DNA of 64,000 bases from the sequence record EU863408. One strand, 5' to 3'. The first letter of the stretch is position 1; each line of letters starts with the position of its first letter. This document shows positions 46,320 to 56,546 of this stretch, in pieces. The position numbers and the translations under genes are program-made. Below the pieces are notes generated by a model, which saw only the letters and a list, made by a program, of their open reading frames with translations, was not told the DNA's origin and made no database searches. The DNA comes from Escherichia phage JSE.

Positions 46320-46901
46320 TTACGCCTTCTTACGTTCTAAAATTTGTTCGCTGATCAGGTAATCATCAAGGAAGTAATTATGTTCTTCTTTTGTTGCAAA
46401 ATCAAAATATAATTCCTGAATCATTTCCTTAGAGATACCAACATCATATTCGAACGGATCATTAATTCCTGCTCGTTGAACATATGTTAACACAATACGG
46501 TCCGCAAAGTCAACCGCTTTTTCAATCAGGGAAGGTCCACCAATAACGCTTACCAAACCTTGCAATTTCTCTATGACTTCTAATAATTCCTTCAATCCAC
46601 CATCATTAGTAATCGCGGTATACACATCTGGTTGGTCGCCGTTTTTTGCTTTCGGTGCTGGCTTACTGGTATCGGTGCTAACAACCACATTCACACGACC
46701 TTCCAGTGCTTTAGGAAGACTTTCAAAGGTATTACGTCCCATTACCACCGCCGCAAGATCAACATCTCCCATAGTGCGCATTTTAAAGTTTTCCATGTCC
46801 TTTTTGATTGGACGACCCCACGGTAAACCGCCTTTAAAACCAAAAGCCCAATTTTCATCCGACATTTTAGTGTCACCAATCGCAAATACACATTGAATCA
46901 T
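46320..46901 (-). CDS. frd: dihydrofolate reductase
   Basis: 193 aa as T4 Frd; DHFR motifs (GLPW, VVMGR.TFESL). Confidence 0.9.
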   Translation of the reverse strand: MIQCVFAIGDTKMSDENWAFGFKGGLPWGRPIKKDMENFKMRTMGDVDLAAVVMGRNTFESLPKALEGRVNVVVSTDTSKPAPKAKNGDQPDVYTAITNDGGLKELLEVIEKLQGLVSVIGGPSLIEKAVDFADRIVLTYVQRAGINDPFEYDVGISKEMIQELYFDFATKEEHNYFLDDYLISEQILERKKA

Positions 46902-46916
46902 AATATAAATCTCCTA

Positions 46917-47246
46917 TCAAACCAGCTTGAGATAGTTTTCGTTAACGTTTTCTTCTGTGATCTCGGTTTTAAACTCATTACCAACATCAGGAGAAACATA
47001 ATAGCGTTCGGAATAATCACGCCACATTTTCAGTAGGCTGACACCAACATTAACACCATTTTCCCAGAAACGGAAGATAATTTTATTTGCGGTGTAGCGG
47101 TAATCGCTTTGAATCAAGCTGCCATCACCGCGACGTGATTCATAAACCGTAATACATTCACGGTTAGCGGCTTTAAGACATTCTTCAATAGTGCCGCATG
47201 AGATAATTTCGGTTGAGTCGTTTACGATTTGTTCTACAGTCCACAT
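46917..47246 (-). CDS. hypothetical protein
   Basis: 109 aa ORF with promoter cassette at 47278-47305. Confidence 0.5.
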   Translation of the reverse strand: MWTVEQIVNDSTEIISCGTIEECLKAANRECITVYESRRGDGSLIQSDYRYTANKIIFRFWENGVNVGVSLLKMWRDYSERYYVSPDVGNEFKTEITEENVNENYLKLV

Positions 47247-47277
47247 AATATAATCCTCTCTTTGTTTCGATGTGTGT

Positions 47278-47305
47278 ATTATACATTACCACATAAGCAT
47301 GTCAA
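47278..47305 (-). promoter_or_regulatory. early promoter (TTGACA-N16-TATAAT)
   Basis: Precedes ORF 46917..47246. Confidence 0.5.
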
Positions 47306-47332
47306 CACCTTTTTCATAAATTTTTAGGCAAT

Positions 47333-47360
47333 AAAAAAGCCTCCCCGAAGGAAGGCTTTA
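47333..47360 (-). terminator. terminator after gene 32
   Basis: AGCCTTCC-TTCG-GGGAGGCT hairpin then T-run on minus strand. Confidence 0.6.
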
Positions 47361-47367
47361 AAATTCA

Positions 47368-48342
47368 TTACATCCCTAACAGAGCGTCAAGATCATCCAG
47401 ATCAGAAGCGGAGGAAGTACCGCCACCCAGATCCAGCGATGCCATCAGGTCATCAGCGGAAGAATCTAACGCCGTGCTAGCTGCGTTAATACCAACTACA
47501 GTGCTAGCTGCGTTAATACCAGCATCGAATGCATTCATCTGTGCGTCAAAATCGTCAAGCTGGCTGTTAATCGCTGCCGCAGCACTGGAAGCCGCAGCAC
47601 CAGCTACCATAGAAACGCCCATAGTTTTCTTAAATTTGGTTTCCAGTTCATCGAACGGTTTAAACTGGCTAGGCGCTACAATCTCACTCAGGTCAACCAT
47701 GTTTTCCATCAGATATTTCTGATATGCTTCGTCTTCAATTTTCGGAAGCTGTGATTGCTGCATGAAACGAGAATCATCATAGTTCTGGTGTTTATCAACC
47801 TTCTTAGCTTTCAGGAGGAAGTTAGCACCGGAGAACACACAAGTTACATCTACCGGAACTTCGCCCATATCGGTATTCACGTTCACCATTGCAACGATCT
47901 TATCATAAATTTTCTGACCGAAGCGGAATTTGAATACCTTACCTTCATTTTCTGGTGCTTGAGGATCTTTCAGTACCAGAATATTTGCGTAGTAAGAGGC
48001 TTTACGCTTAATCAGTTGCCATTCGGTTTTATCGGTATTGTACAGATCTTTTTCGTTAATATATTTGCACACAGGGCAAGAATCAAAATCACCGTGGGTG
48101 CTGGAGCAGTTTTCCCAATACCATTTGCCATTAACTTTGAAGGAATGGTTTACCAGTTTCACAATCGGCAGACCGTCTTCTGTCTTAGACGGCAGGAAGC
48201 GAATCAGGGCTTCACCGTTACCTGCTGCATCAGTCTTAATCTTCCACTCTTTCGGATCTTCTTTGGAGAAACCGTTGCCACCTTTCAGTGCGGCCAGTTG
48301 AGCTTGCAGTTTGGAAGAATCTTGGCGTTTAAACATATTCAC
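47368..48342 (-). CDS. 32: single-stranded DNA-binding protein gp32
   Basis: Colinear with T4 gp32 (AVIRFLPSK, NEGKVFK.RFG.KI.DKI); Ser/Asp-rich acidic tail. Confidence 0.95.
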   Translation of the reverse strand: MNMFKRQDSSKLQAQLAALKGGNGFSKEDPKEWKIKTDAAGNGEALIRFLPSKTEDGLPIVKLVNHSFKVNGKWYWENCSSTHGDFDSCPVCKYINEKDLYNTDKTEWQLIKRKASYYANILVLKDPQAPENEGKVFKFRFGQKIYDKIVAMVNVNTDMGEVPVDVTCVFSGANFLLKAKKVDKHQNYDDSRFMQQSQLPKIEDEAYQKYLMENMVDLSEIVAPSQFKPFDELETKFKKTMGVSMVAGAAASSAAAAINSQLDDFDAQMNAFDAGINAASTVVGINAASTALDSSADDLMASLDLGGGTSSASDLDDLDALLGM

Positions 48343-48372
48343 TATTCCTTCTTTTGATTAATTTACTAGACT

Positions 48373-48400
48373 ATTATACAGATTTAAATTTACTTGTCAA
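48373..48400 (-). promoter_or_regulatory. sigma70-like promoter for gene 32 (TTGACA-N16-TATAAT)
   Basis: Canonical hexamers about 30 nt upstream of the gene 32 start. Confidence 0.55.
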
Positions 48401-49077
48401 CTATTTGTTTCTGTTTTTAATTGAGATATTTCTTTACACTCTTTAACTACTTTAACAAATAATGCTCTTGCTTTTGCGGCGTCAATAACAAGTAGTTTCT
48501 TGTACGCCTTCATTTTAACACTATAAGTTTGCCAAATCAAGTCTTTGGCTACCTTGTCGTGTTCGTCGATTATATTTAGAAAGCTATCTAACAACATAAA
48601 CGACTCAAACGATATAATCCGATTTTGCAGTAGTTTAAAGATACCGCTAGTTTCGGTTGCGGGATTGTATGTAATTAGCTCTTTAAGAGTAACCCCGCGT
48701 TTCTCGGAGAAGTATACCAGACTTTTAATGTCATCGTCAAATCGTGTTGCTGCATCGGTTATCTTTCCTATGTATTCCATATAAAAGCCGTATGCGTCAA
48801 CATCAGTGATTTCACCTACCCATGCATCGGTATTAGCTACCAGATTGCTTAGGAATAGGAAGTATAATTCTCTTAGATTGTACTTTTCCGCTAATTTTGC
48901 GAAATAATACTTATCTCTGCGTTTATTGAATGCGGCATCAGACAACCGCATCCTCCAATTGTATTTTACGCAATCATAACGCCCGTTCATGTGAGCTTTC
49001 ATCATGCAATATAACATATACACAGATTTAGCATTAATTCGCATATCTGGATCTGGAGGAAGACGGTTTCTGATCAT
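48397..49077 (-). CDS. 59: helicase loader gp59
   Basis: Colinear with T4 gp59 (NGKYD.IKYNW.MR.SDAA..KRRDKY, IFKLLQ..IISFE.F.LLDSFLNIID). Confidence 0.9.
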   Translation of the reverse strand: MIRNRLPPDPDMRINAKSVYMLYCMMKAHMNGRYDCVKYNWRMRLSDAAFNKRRDKYYFAKLAEKYNLRELYFLFLSNLVANTDAWVGEITDVDAYGFYMEYIGKITDAATRFDDDIKSLVYFSEKRGVTLKELITYNPATETSGIFKLLQNRIISFESFMLLDSFLNIIDEHDKVAKDLIWQTYSVKMKAYKKLLVIDAAKARALFVKVVKECKEISQLKTETNS

Positions 49078-49086
49078 ACATACCCC

Positions 49087-49356
49087 TTAAATATCGAGAG
49101 TGTTGGTCGGTTCGTCGATCACTCCCTTCCTGAGCGTTCTATTTACTATACATTCTTGTGTGATCTTGTCAATAATGGACACCGGAATATACTTCTGATA
49201 GTGACCATATTCGATAGAGTTTTCCTCTACAAACTGCGTTGTCGCTTCAAGATAAGTCAATCCCTCTTCAACAACCAGTTTTTCGATTGCAAGACCGTTT
49301 GCTGTTTTGTTCGCGGCTTTTACCGCATGTTCATTAAGCATTGAACACCCGATCAT
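49087..49356 (-). CDS. 33: late transcription accessory protein gp33
   Basis: Y/SYLEATT.F.EENSI segment as in T4 gp33; start uncertain. Confidence 0.75.
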   Translation of the reverse strand: MIGCSMLNEHAVKAANKTANGLAIEKLVVEEGLTYLEATTQFVEENSIEYGHYQKYIPVSIIDKITQECIVNRTLRKGVIDEPTNTLDI

Positions 49357-49609
49357 AGAGTTCTACCGCTTCGTCGCGTTCTGCTTCGAAGGTTTCGCGC
49401 TGTTGCTGGTGATACAGTTTAAACAGAATGCCCCACATTTTACCATCGACGCCTAATTCTTCTTTAGCACGCTGTTTGATCTCTTTGATCTTATCGCCGT
49501 ATGCTTCTTGAATGGTTTTCTGATCGCTGGCTTCTTTAATCAGTTGTGCCAGGGTATTTCCGTGCACTGCTTCGTCAAATACTACTTTTTCTTTTTTCTG
49601 TTCAGTCAT
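49334..49609 (-). CDS. dsbA: double-stranded DNA-binding protein DsbA
   Basis: 91 aa; FDEA.HG...A..IKEASD and ELGVDGKM segments as in T4 DsbA. Confidence 0.7.
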   Translation of the reverse strand: MTEQKKEKVVFDEAVHGNTLAQLIKEASDQKTIQEAYGDKIKEIKQRAKEELGVDGKMWGILFKLYHQQQRETFEAERDEAVELYDRVFNA

Positions 49610-49613
49610 AATA

Positions 49614-50210
49614 TTAACCCTCTTTCGTCATTAATTGAAAACCACGTTCAGCTTTTGAAATTTCGCTAGGACTTAAATCGTCACCAACATATTCTAGCAT
49701 CATTTCTCGGATAATGTCAAGTGCTTTTTCATCACCTGATTTTAACTCGAACTCAAGTTCATAGTGAGCCTCTCCCATTCTTTCGCCGACTTTGCAATAA
49801 TAGAAAGTGTCTTTGCACATTTCCACTATAGCACCCTCAAGGTCAAGTGTCAATGACTTGCGGTATGTCATTACTTGCAATAAAGGAACGATAAGGTCGG
49901 AGTTTACGCCTAGACTATCAACATAATGATAGAAATCATCCATTGTTGAAAAAGTGATTTCTTCTCGGTTGAATAGTCCAGATTCACTATCACCTATTTT
50001 GACCATAATCAATGATCTATTAACGTCAAGTCGAGCATAAATTCCTTTTCGACGCATTGCATGATCTTCGGTATCATAATAAAATTCGTGTTTTAGAGTG
50101 TTAGCACGATCTACTAGATTGTACCCGTCATACATTGCTACCCACAAATCACAGATTGTTTCGACGCCAATTTGTGAGTGTGCATAGTATTTTAATTCAA
50201 GTTCTTTCAT
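49614..50210 (-). CDS. CYTH-domain (triphosphate tunnel metalloenzyme) protein
   Basis: N-terminal ExExK (KELELK), central RRKG, C-terminal YELEFELK; lies between dsbA and rnh where T4 has no gene. Confidence 0.5.
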   Translation of the reverse strand: MKELELKYYAHSQIGVETICDLWVAMYDGYNLVDRANTLKHEFYYDTEDHAMRRKGIYARLDVNRSLIMVKIGDSESGLFNREEITFSTMDDFYHYVDSLGVNSDLIVPLLQVMTYRKSLTLDLEGAIVEMCKDTFYYCKVGERMGEAHYELEFELKSGDEKALDIIREMMLEYVGDDLSPSEISKAERGFQLMTKEG

Positions 50211-50220
50211 ATGTCAACCC

Positions 50221-51168
50221 TTAGAACTCACCAATTTTCTGCAACATTTTAACTAACGCATTGGTTACAAAATAGTTATAAATTTTACCGCGTGGTGCTG
50301 GTTTAGATTTCTCCCATGCTAACAAAATTTCATATTCGATGTTATCAGGAATAAATTCAAAATCAATAAGTTCGCGGTTTTCGTCAAAGCGTAGTGCTTC
50401 TTCCTCTGTCATCAAAGACTTTGGATCTTCGGCATCGAAAATTTGCTCTAACCATTTGGTTGCAATTGGTTTAGCTCGTTCCCCTTCCAGTCGTGAGATA
50501 ATGAAATCACTACGGCACTTGATAGAAGCTACACCGTCTTTTGCGTCACCCTTAACACATTTTACCATAAGGTCTTTGTAAGGGCTACCATATTTGCATT
50601 TCTTCCATGCTTTCTGTACTGGCGCCCACTGTTTCACGTTTTTGTATTTGTGCAACTGTGTGTAGTCACCATCGCCGGAGTTGATTAGCACCTGGCGACC
50701 TTCTACAGAAAACTTTTTAGTTAACACAGCGATTATATCATCTGCTTCAACTTTGTCAACCTTAATAACGTGATAAGGCATGTTCTCTTTAAACTCTTCG
50801 GTGATCTTATTGATCGCAGCAAAGATCATCTCCCAATCACGCGGATCTGCGTCTCGTTTTTCCTTACGGTTGCGTTTATAGTAAGGGGCGATATCACGTC
50901 GCCAGTAACCTTTACTTGAATCAAAGGCAAGTACCGTAATTGGGTATTGCTCTTTGAATTTTGTCATATTATAACGCATGGTGTCAAGGATAAGATGACG
51001 AATCATGCCTTCATTAATAGGATCTTCCGGTTTAAAGGTATGCGAGATAGTAGCAATCATAAGCTGCGACATATCAATCAAATGCACACCTTCCGGCAGT
51101 TTATCTTCTGGATCATCGAAGAAATCATTAAGTGTAGCGGTAGTTTTTGTAAACGGGTTATACGTCAT
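50221..51168 (-). CDS. rnh: RNase H / FEN-type 5'-3' exonuclease
   Basis: Colinear with T4 RNase H (GYWRRD, MPY.V...DK.EADD.IAVL, GDGD.TQLHKY.NVKQW). Confidence 0.9.
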   Translation of the reverse strand: MTYNPFTKTTATLNDFFDDPEDKLPEGVHLIDMSQLMIATISHTFKPEDPINEGMIRHLILDTMRYNMTKFKEQYPITVLAFDSSKGYWRRDIAPYYKRNRKEKRDADPRDWEMIFAAINKITEEFKENMPYHVIKVDKVEADDIIAVLTKKFSVEGRQVLINSGDGDYTQLHKYKNVKQWAPVQKAWKKCKYGSPYKDLMVKCVKGDAKDGVASIKCRSDFIISRLEGERAKPIATKWLEQIFDAEDPKSLMTEEEALRFDENRELIDFEFIPDNIEYEILLAWEKSKPAPRGKIYNYFVTNALVKMLQKIGEF

Positions 51169-51170
51169 AA

Positions 51171-51356
51171 TTAAGTTCTCTCCACTCTCACAACAACATA
51201 TTCGCCAAACGAGTTAGATACTTCACGATCATACCCGTATTTCTCCATAACTCGCAGAATTGCATTGTTTAATTCGGCACGGAAATAATTATAATCCTTA
51301 TCAGGGATTCTGTCAACTACCCATTTTGCACCTTCTGACAAATCAACTTTAACCAT
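51171..51356 (-). CDS. hypothetical small protein
   Basis: 61 aa ORF between rnh and gene 34. Confidence 0.4.
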   Translation of the reverse strand: MVKVDLSEGAKWVVDRIPDKDYNYFRAELNNAILRVMEKYGYDREVSNSFGEYVVVRVERT

Positions 51357-51394
51357 AATATATCATCCTCTTTTGTTTCTATCAAGCCTCATTT

Positions 51395-51402
51395 TATAAA
51401 TA
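51395..51402 (+). promoter_or_regulatory. T4-type late promoter TATAAATA upstream of gene 34
   Basis: Exact TATAAATA about 29 nt before ATG 51431. Confidence 0.55.
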
Positions 51403-51430
51403 TGAACATACTATAAAAGGAGACCCAATA

Positions 51431-54400
51431 ATGGCAGATTTTTCTCAACATTTCAAGGCCACATTTGGCTTTGACGCTGGTAATGAAAAGGTCGTCAATG
51501 TAGCATACGCAGATAAAAACACATCAACGGATGCGGTCAACGTTGAATTTTTCAATTACCATAATGGTATTACTCAGTATGACACAACTCGCGGTTATGA
51601 TCAATACGGAACTACAATCTATCAAAACCGTCCGTATTATGCAAAAGAAGATATCACAAAGCCAGCAGGTGATTTTGACCCGACTAAATGGCAAGCACTG
51701 CGCACGGACCCACGTTGGGATTATATTGCAGCAACTTCCAGTGATACTCCTTTAAAGTCTGGTGATTATATCGCAGCAGATGGTCAATTTGCAAACTTGA
51801 CTTTCTCTATGCCAACTAAACCAGCAGAGGGAGACACTATAACAGTAAAAGATATCGGTGGCAAGTGTGGTGTTAACGAATTATCGTTCTTGAGTTCAGG
51901 ACATGAGTTTTACCATAACGGTAATGTGTATAACCGAAAATGGTATTGCACTACCCCGTATGCAATGAACTATTTCATCTTTGTTCGGAATCGTTGGCAT
52001 GTTTATCAGACGGGAACAGAGCCGCGCGGTGTATACGCACAGCCAGCGATTGATGCTATTCAAATGCAGAATGGTGATCAGGTATTTCGTCGTAGTTCGT
52101 TGGGTAATATTACCTTAGTGCTTCCTAAGTTTGCCAACAATGGCGACATGATCCAGACTACAGACCTTGACGGATTAACCGCAACCAACCACGTTACGGT
52201 TAAAGTTCATGAGCACGCAGAAGAACAATCAATTGGCACGTCCGGTCTAAAAGAGATTATCGGTAAGCGTAGCGGTCATGGTGTATTCATCTTTGACAAG
52301 ACGGAAAACTTATGGCGTTTGTGGGATGGTGATCAGTCTGTTCGTCTTAAACCGATCATCGATGACACTCGCTTGCAACCTAATAGCTATGTTGCTGTAT
52401 TTGGTGGTCGTGATGTTACTCTGACGCTGCCGACCAATGTCGAGCCGGGTGATCGTATTCAAGTTTCTATGCAGTATATGCAAGGAAACCAGAATTGCCG
52501 TATTATCACCGCCACAGAGGATACAAAAATCCTTATGCAGAAAAACATGGTTCAGTTTCCTAAGCGTAGCGAGTACCCATTCAATGGGACTGATACATGG
52601 ACTGGAGTGTCTGAATTGTCTTTCAACGCTGCAAATGATTATGTACCTTATCTGGAGTTCTCTTATTCAGAAGGTGATGATGGTAAGAAATACTGGTTGG
52701 TGGCACATGCTCACCCGATTGTAGAACGAGTAGATCCGACTCGTAAAGATCGTGTTGGTGTAATTGCACTGGCTACCCAAACTGAAACGAATAAAAACCA
52801 TGAAGAGAATCCTAGCGACGAAGTTGCAGTAACACCAAAAATGCTGGCTAATAAAACCGCCAACGAAACTCGACGCGGTATTGCTCGCATTGCGACTCAA
52901 GCGGAAACGCATCAAGATACTGGTTCCAACTTCCTGGATGATGTTATCGTTACGCCTAAAAAGTTAAATGACTGTGTTGCTACCGAAGCCCGTCGTGGTG
53001 TGATGGAAATTGCAACCCAGCACGAAACCAATGAAGGTTTAGACGATACCCGCGCTATTACTCCTAAGAAATTAGAAGAACGTCGCGCTTCCGAAGATCT
53101 CGCTGGTATTGCTGAAATTGTTCAGGCTGGCGGCAGTGCTGCCGCTCGACGTGGCGAAGCTGGTACAGGGATCTATAACATCAATGACCATGCTAAAATT
53201 GTTACGCCAAAAAACATCAACGAAGTCAAGGCGACCGAAACTTCCCGTGGTGTTGGCTATCTGGCAACTGACGCGGAAGTGCAAGGGGCTACAGAATCAA
53301 CCCCGCAAGATGCTTTACTCATCACGACTCGCACGCTAACGAAACGTACTGCTACCGAATCGCGCACTGGTATCGCTGAAATTGCAACTCAGGAAGAAAC
53401 AAACTTAGGTCAAAGTGATAACCATATCATCACGCCTAAAAAGTTGCATACTCGCCGCGCAACGGAAACTTTACACGGTTTAGCAGAAATTGCAACTCAG
53501 CCGGAATTTGACGCAGGTCTTGACGATGCTCGCATTTCTACCCCATTGAAGATTAAAACCTTCTTTGAGAATGCACAGCGTTTGAAAGTCGATCCGACTC
53601 AGGGGCTTAACCTTACTGGTGATTTGTGGCAAGGTATCACGATTCGCGGTTTGGATGCAACCGAAGATACAAAAGGTGTCGCTAAAGTTGCTACTACTCA
53701 GCTTACGGATGCTGGTCAAGATGATACTACAATCATCACGCCTAAAAAGCTGCAAGGCAAAAAGGCCACCGAAGGTAAAGAAGGTATTATCCGAGTTGGT
53801 ACTCAAGCCGAAACCGTGGCTGGTGCACTGGCTAATGTAGCAATTTCTCCGAAGAACTTCAAATATGTTGTTCAGACAGAGGATACATGGAAAGCAACCG
53901 AAGCGCGTCGTGGTTTCTTGAAAGTTGCTACTCAGGAAAACTGTTTTGTTGGTGATAATCTGCAAGGTTCTACTCAAGAACTAGGAAACTACCAGCATGA
54001 CGGAATTGCTGTTACCCCTAAAGGATTAAACTACGCACTTGCTAATTTCTTACCTAAGATGGCAACCGCTCAGAATAGTTTGAAATTGGGTAACGTAGAG
54101 GCCGCTAAATGGGCGCGTAGAGACATTGACCAGACCATAGAGAGCAATTACACGTTTAATAAAAACGTTAACGTGAAGGGCGATTTAGAGTGCTTAAAAT
54201 CAGGTTCCTTTGAAACTCTGTCTGTGACTAAGAACTCAACCGACGATCCGAGTAATGGTCATCTGGTGTTGGGTGAGCGTGGAGTTGACGGTCACACCGG
54301 AATTACTCTGCATGGCACAACCGCATCGGAAGGCATGAAAAACTCGTGGTCTATTATCGTTGGTGGTACTGGAACAGCGCAAGTTGTTGATAGTGATGCT

Positions 54401-55171
54401 ATCGCTTTCGGTAAAATCAATGATGGTGGAGTCGTCGAGCATTACGCCTTTGCTATGGAACACAATGGCGACGCGACAGCATATAGAGACTTTATTGCAG
54501 GTCGTAACCTGTATGCGAAACAAGGCGGTTTATACATTGTTGACCAGTCTAATCCGGCAATGACTCGTTCCCCAGATGGTATGCTGAATATCGGTCACGG
54601 TGGAAGTGTTAACATCAAGGCAGGTCATCAAACGTTAACTACAGAGATCGCCGGACAGAAATATCAGATCGTACACGCAGGAAACGCTGATGAAGTTCTT
54701 AACCGTCAGTTTGTTAAGAATGCTGGCGATACAATGGTCGGTAAGCTGACTATGGATAATGCGCCTATTGTTTCTGTTAAGCATGAAGCTAGCGCGGCAA
54801 CCGCTCCGGCAATCAGCAACATCGGTTTCTGGAATATGCGCGTTACTACCCAGAACATCAAAGAAACTTATCCAGAGAAGAAAAACGGTACTCTGATGCA
54901 ATGGGGTACTGACGCGGACGGGCTTACCCAGCTTTGGTCCCCAGATGGTACTCATAAACATTATATCCGTTCCGGTACTGGTGGTCAATGGACCGCATGG
55001 GGTGAAATTTACACCAAACAGAATAAGCCTACCGCTCAGGAAATCGGGGCAGTAGTTGCAGAAGGTGGTTTAATGAACTCTATGACGGTGCGTGACTGGA
55101 TCAAAGTTGGTAATGTTAAAATCATCGCCAATAATCTGACTCGTACCGTAGACTTTATCTGGGAAGACTAA
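51431..55171 (+). CDS. 34: long tail fibre proximal subunit gp34
   Basis: 1246 aa; repeated ATE.R.G.AEIATQ-type motifs; TATAAATA at 51395-51402. Confidence 0.9.
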   Translation: MADFSQHFKATFGFDAGNEKVVNVAYADKNTSTDAVNVEFFNYHNGITQYDTTRGYDQYGTTIYQNRPYYAKEDITKPAGDFDPTKWQALRTDPRWDYIAATSSDTPLKSGDYIAADGQFANLTFSMPTKPAEGDTITVKDIGGKCGVNELSFLSSGHEFYHNGNVYNRKWYCTTPYAMNYFIFVRNRWHVYQTGTEPRGVYAQPAIDAIQMQNGDQVFRRSSLGNITLVLPKFANNGDMIQTTDLDGLTATNHVTVKVHEHAEEQSIGTSGLKEIIGKRSGHGVFIFDKTENLWRLWDGDQSVRLKPIIDDTRLQPNSYVAVFGGRDVTLTLPTNVEPGDRIQVSMQYMQGNQNCRIITATEDTKILMQKNMVQFPKRSEYPFNGTDTWTGVSELSFNAANDYVPYLEFSYSEGDDGKKYWLVAHAHPIVERVDPTRKDRVGVIALATQTETNKNHEENPSDEVAVTPKMLANKTANETRRGIARIATQAETHQDTGSNFLDDVIVTPKKLNDCVATEARRGVMEIATQHETNEGLDDTRAITPKKLEERRASEDLAGIAEIVQAGGSAAARRGEAGTGIYNINDHAKIVTPKNINEVKATETSRGVGYLATDAEVQGATESTPQDALLITTRTLTKRTATESRTGIAEIATQEETNLGQSDNHIITPKKLHTRRATETLHGLAEIATQPEFDAGLDDARISTPLKIKTFFENAQRLKVDPTQGLNLTGDLWQGITIRGLDATEDTKGVAKVATTQLTDAGQDDTTIITPKKLQGKKATEGKEGIIRVGTQAETVAGALANVAISPKNFKYVVQTEDTWKATEARRGFLKVATQENCFVGDNLQGSTQELGNYQHDGIAVTPKGLNYALANFLPKMATAQNSLKLGNVEAAKWARRDIDQTIESNYTFNKNVNVKGDLECLKSGSFETLSVTKNSTDDPSNGHLVLGERGVDGHTGITLHGTTASEGMKNSWSIIVGGTGTAQVVDSDAIAFGKINDGGVVEHYAFAMEHNGDATAYRDFIAGRNLYAKQGGLYIVDQSNPAMTRSPDGMLNIGHGGSVNIKAGHQTLTTEIAGQKYQIVHAGNADEVLNRQFVKNAGDTMVGKLTMDNAPIVSVKHEASAATAPAISNIGFWNMRVTTQNIKETYPEKKNGTLMQWGTDADGLTQLWSPDGTHKHYIRSGTGGQWTAWGEIYTKQNKPTAQEIGAVVAEGGLMNSMTVRDWIKVGNVKIIANNLTRTVDFIWED

Positions 55172-55178
55172 TTAAAGG

Positions 55179-55194
55179 GGGCGAAAGCCCCCTA
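55179..55194 (+). other. GNRA-tetraloop RNA hairpin GGGGGC-GAAA-GCCCCC between genes 34 and 35
   Basis: Perfect 6 bp GC stem with GAAA loop, no T-run; same hairpin recurs on the minus strand at 44748-44763 upstream of nrdA. Confidence 0.45.
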
Positions 55195-55204
55195 TGGGGT
55201 TATT

Positions 55205-56344
55205 ATGACACAAGATATAGAATTACGCAACACTGGAATTAGGTTTGCGCATTTCGACGAAGACTCTGCGACATTTACCAGCATTTCAGAAAATAACTCT
55301 GTGATGTATAAGCTGGAAGTGCGCGGATCTAATGCGGATTCGACCAAACCAGCAAGGATTAGATTTAATGGAGTGGAGATCGTTGGCACTGGCTATGAAA
55401 ATGGCCTAAATTTTAAAGTTCTTACTCCAACTGGACAACTACACGAAGAAAAGGTATTCTATGGTCGCGGTGCTGTTTTGGCAATGCGTGATTATCTTTA
55501 TTTGCTGAAAGGTGACTATATCATTGCGATGGCAACACATGGAGAATTGTTTGCAGATCCGATAAGTGATGATATATTTTCTAAGCTGGGATCTGTATCA
55601 TTCCCGAATCACATTTTGTTACAGCAAATGCCTCGTGTATCCTATGCAGCAATTTATTCTACTAAAATGGGTAAAATTGTGTGCGAAGGGATGCAAGCAA
55701 CGCACGGAGAAGGTCAAGATTCGTCTATACAAATTGAGAAAGTTTATGATACTATAGACGATCTTGCAATAACAGGAACACCACAACGATTTTTAGATTA
55801 TCCGGTTGAATATGTTAGCGAAGATGCCGAACATTTCGAGCTAATACAATGGCCTCATGATGAGATCAGCGCACCACTTGAATATTTTAACATAAAGGCA
55901 GGTGACAAACTATCAATATCCTTTGAATTGTTCCGTGATAGTGCCGCAGCCGCAGCCAACGTAACAGCGCGTTTCTATCACAACTACTTCACTGATGGAC
56001 AATATCAAACTGGCGTTCGTTATAATACCAGCCAGAAGGATCAATGGGAAAAGTTTGAAGCCGTCTATACCGTACCGGAAGGAGTTGATAGTGTTACCAC
56101 TGGTTGTATCAGATATCCAACCAACTCAAATGAAGGTATTGTTAAAATTAGAAACATACTAATAACGCCGATCAGCGGAGTCGTCAAAACTACTGGTCCG
56201 ACTTCATTTGGTGTTAATGGTGTTAGAACAACTCATATTCAGGATAACGGTGATTTTACTAACCCTGTAATGAGTCTTCTTAAACTGCCTAGAGATAATA
56301 AACACATCACATCCAACAACTTTAAAGAGTTCGATGTTGATTAA
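55205..56344 (+). CDS. 35: long tail fibre hinge connector gp35
   Basis: 379 aa, position between 34 and 36. Confidence 0.85.
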   Translation: MTQDIELRNTGIRFAHFDEDSATFTSISENNSVMYKLEVRGSNADSTKPARIRFNGVEIVGTGYENGLNFKVLTPTGQLHEEKVFYGRGAVLAMRDYLYLLKGDYIIAMATHGELFADPISDDIFSKLGSVSFPNHILLQQMPRVSYAAIYSTKMGKIVCEGMQATHGEGQDSSIQIEKVYDTIDDLAITGTPQRFLDYPVEYVSEDAEHFELIQWPHDEISAPLEYFNIKAGDKLSISFELFRDSAAAAANVTARFYHNYFTDGQYQTGVRYNTSQKDQWEKFEAVYTVPEGVDSVTTGCIRYPTNSNEGIVKIRNILITPISGVVKTTGPTSFGVNGVRTTHIQDNGDFTNPVMSLLKLPRDNKHITSNNFKEFDVD

Positions 56345-56356
56345 CATTTTTAACAA

Positions 56357-56386
56357 GCCGATCCTCGTGGTCGGCTTTATTTTTAT
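56357..56386 (+). terminator. terminator after gene 35
   Basis: AGCCGATC-CTCGTG-GTCGGCT then TTATTTTT. Confidence 0.6.
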
Positions 56387-56505
56387 ACAGTTGGTTAAAA
56401 CATAACCGAAACGAAGAAAGATCTTTAGAATAATAGAAAATTTGTTTCGGTTAAAAAATAGTCAGTGCCTACGGCACGTCGCGAAGCGATATTTTGTTAA
56501 CATTC

Positions 56506-56513
56506 TATAAATA
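56506..56513 (+). promoter_or_regulatory. T4-type late promoter TATAAATA upstream of gene 36
   Basis: Exact TATAAATA about 34 nt before ATG 56547. Confidence 0.55.
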
Positions 56514-56546
56514 CTCGGAACTATAACTAATTTTTGAGGTTACTTT

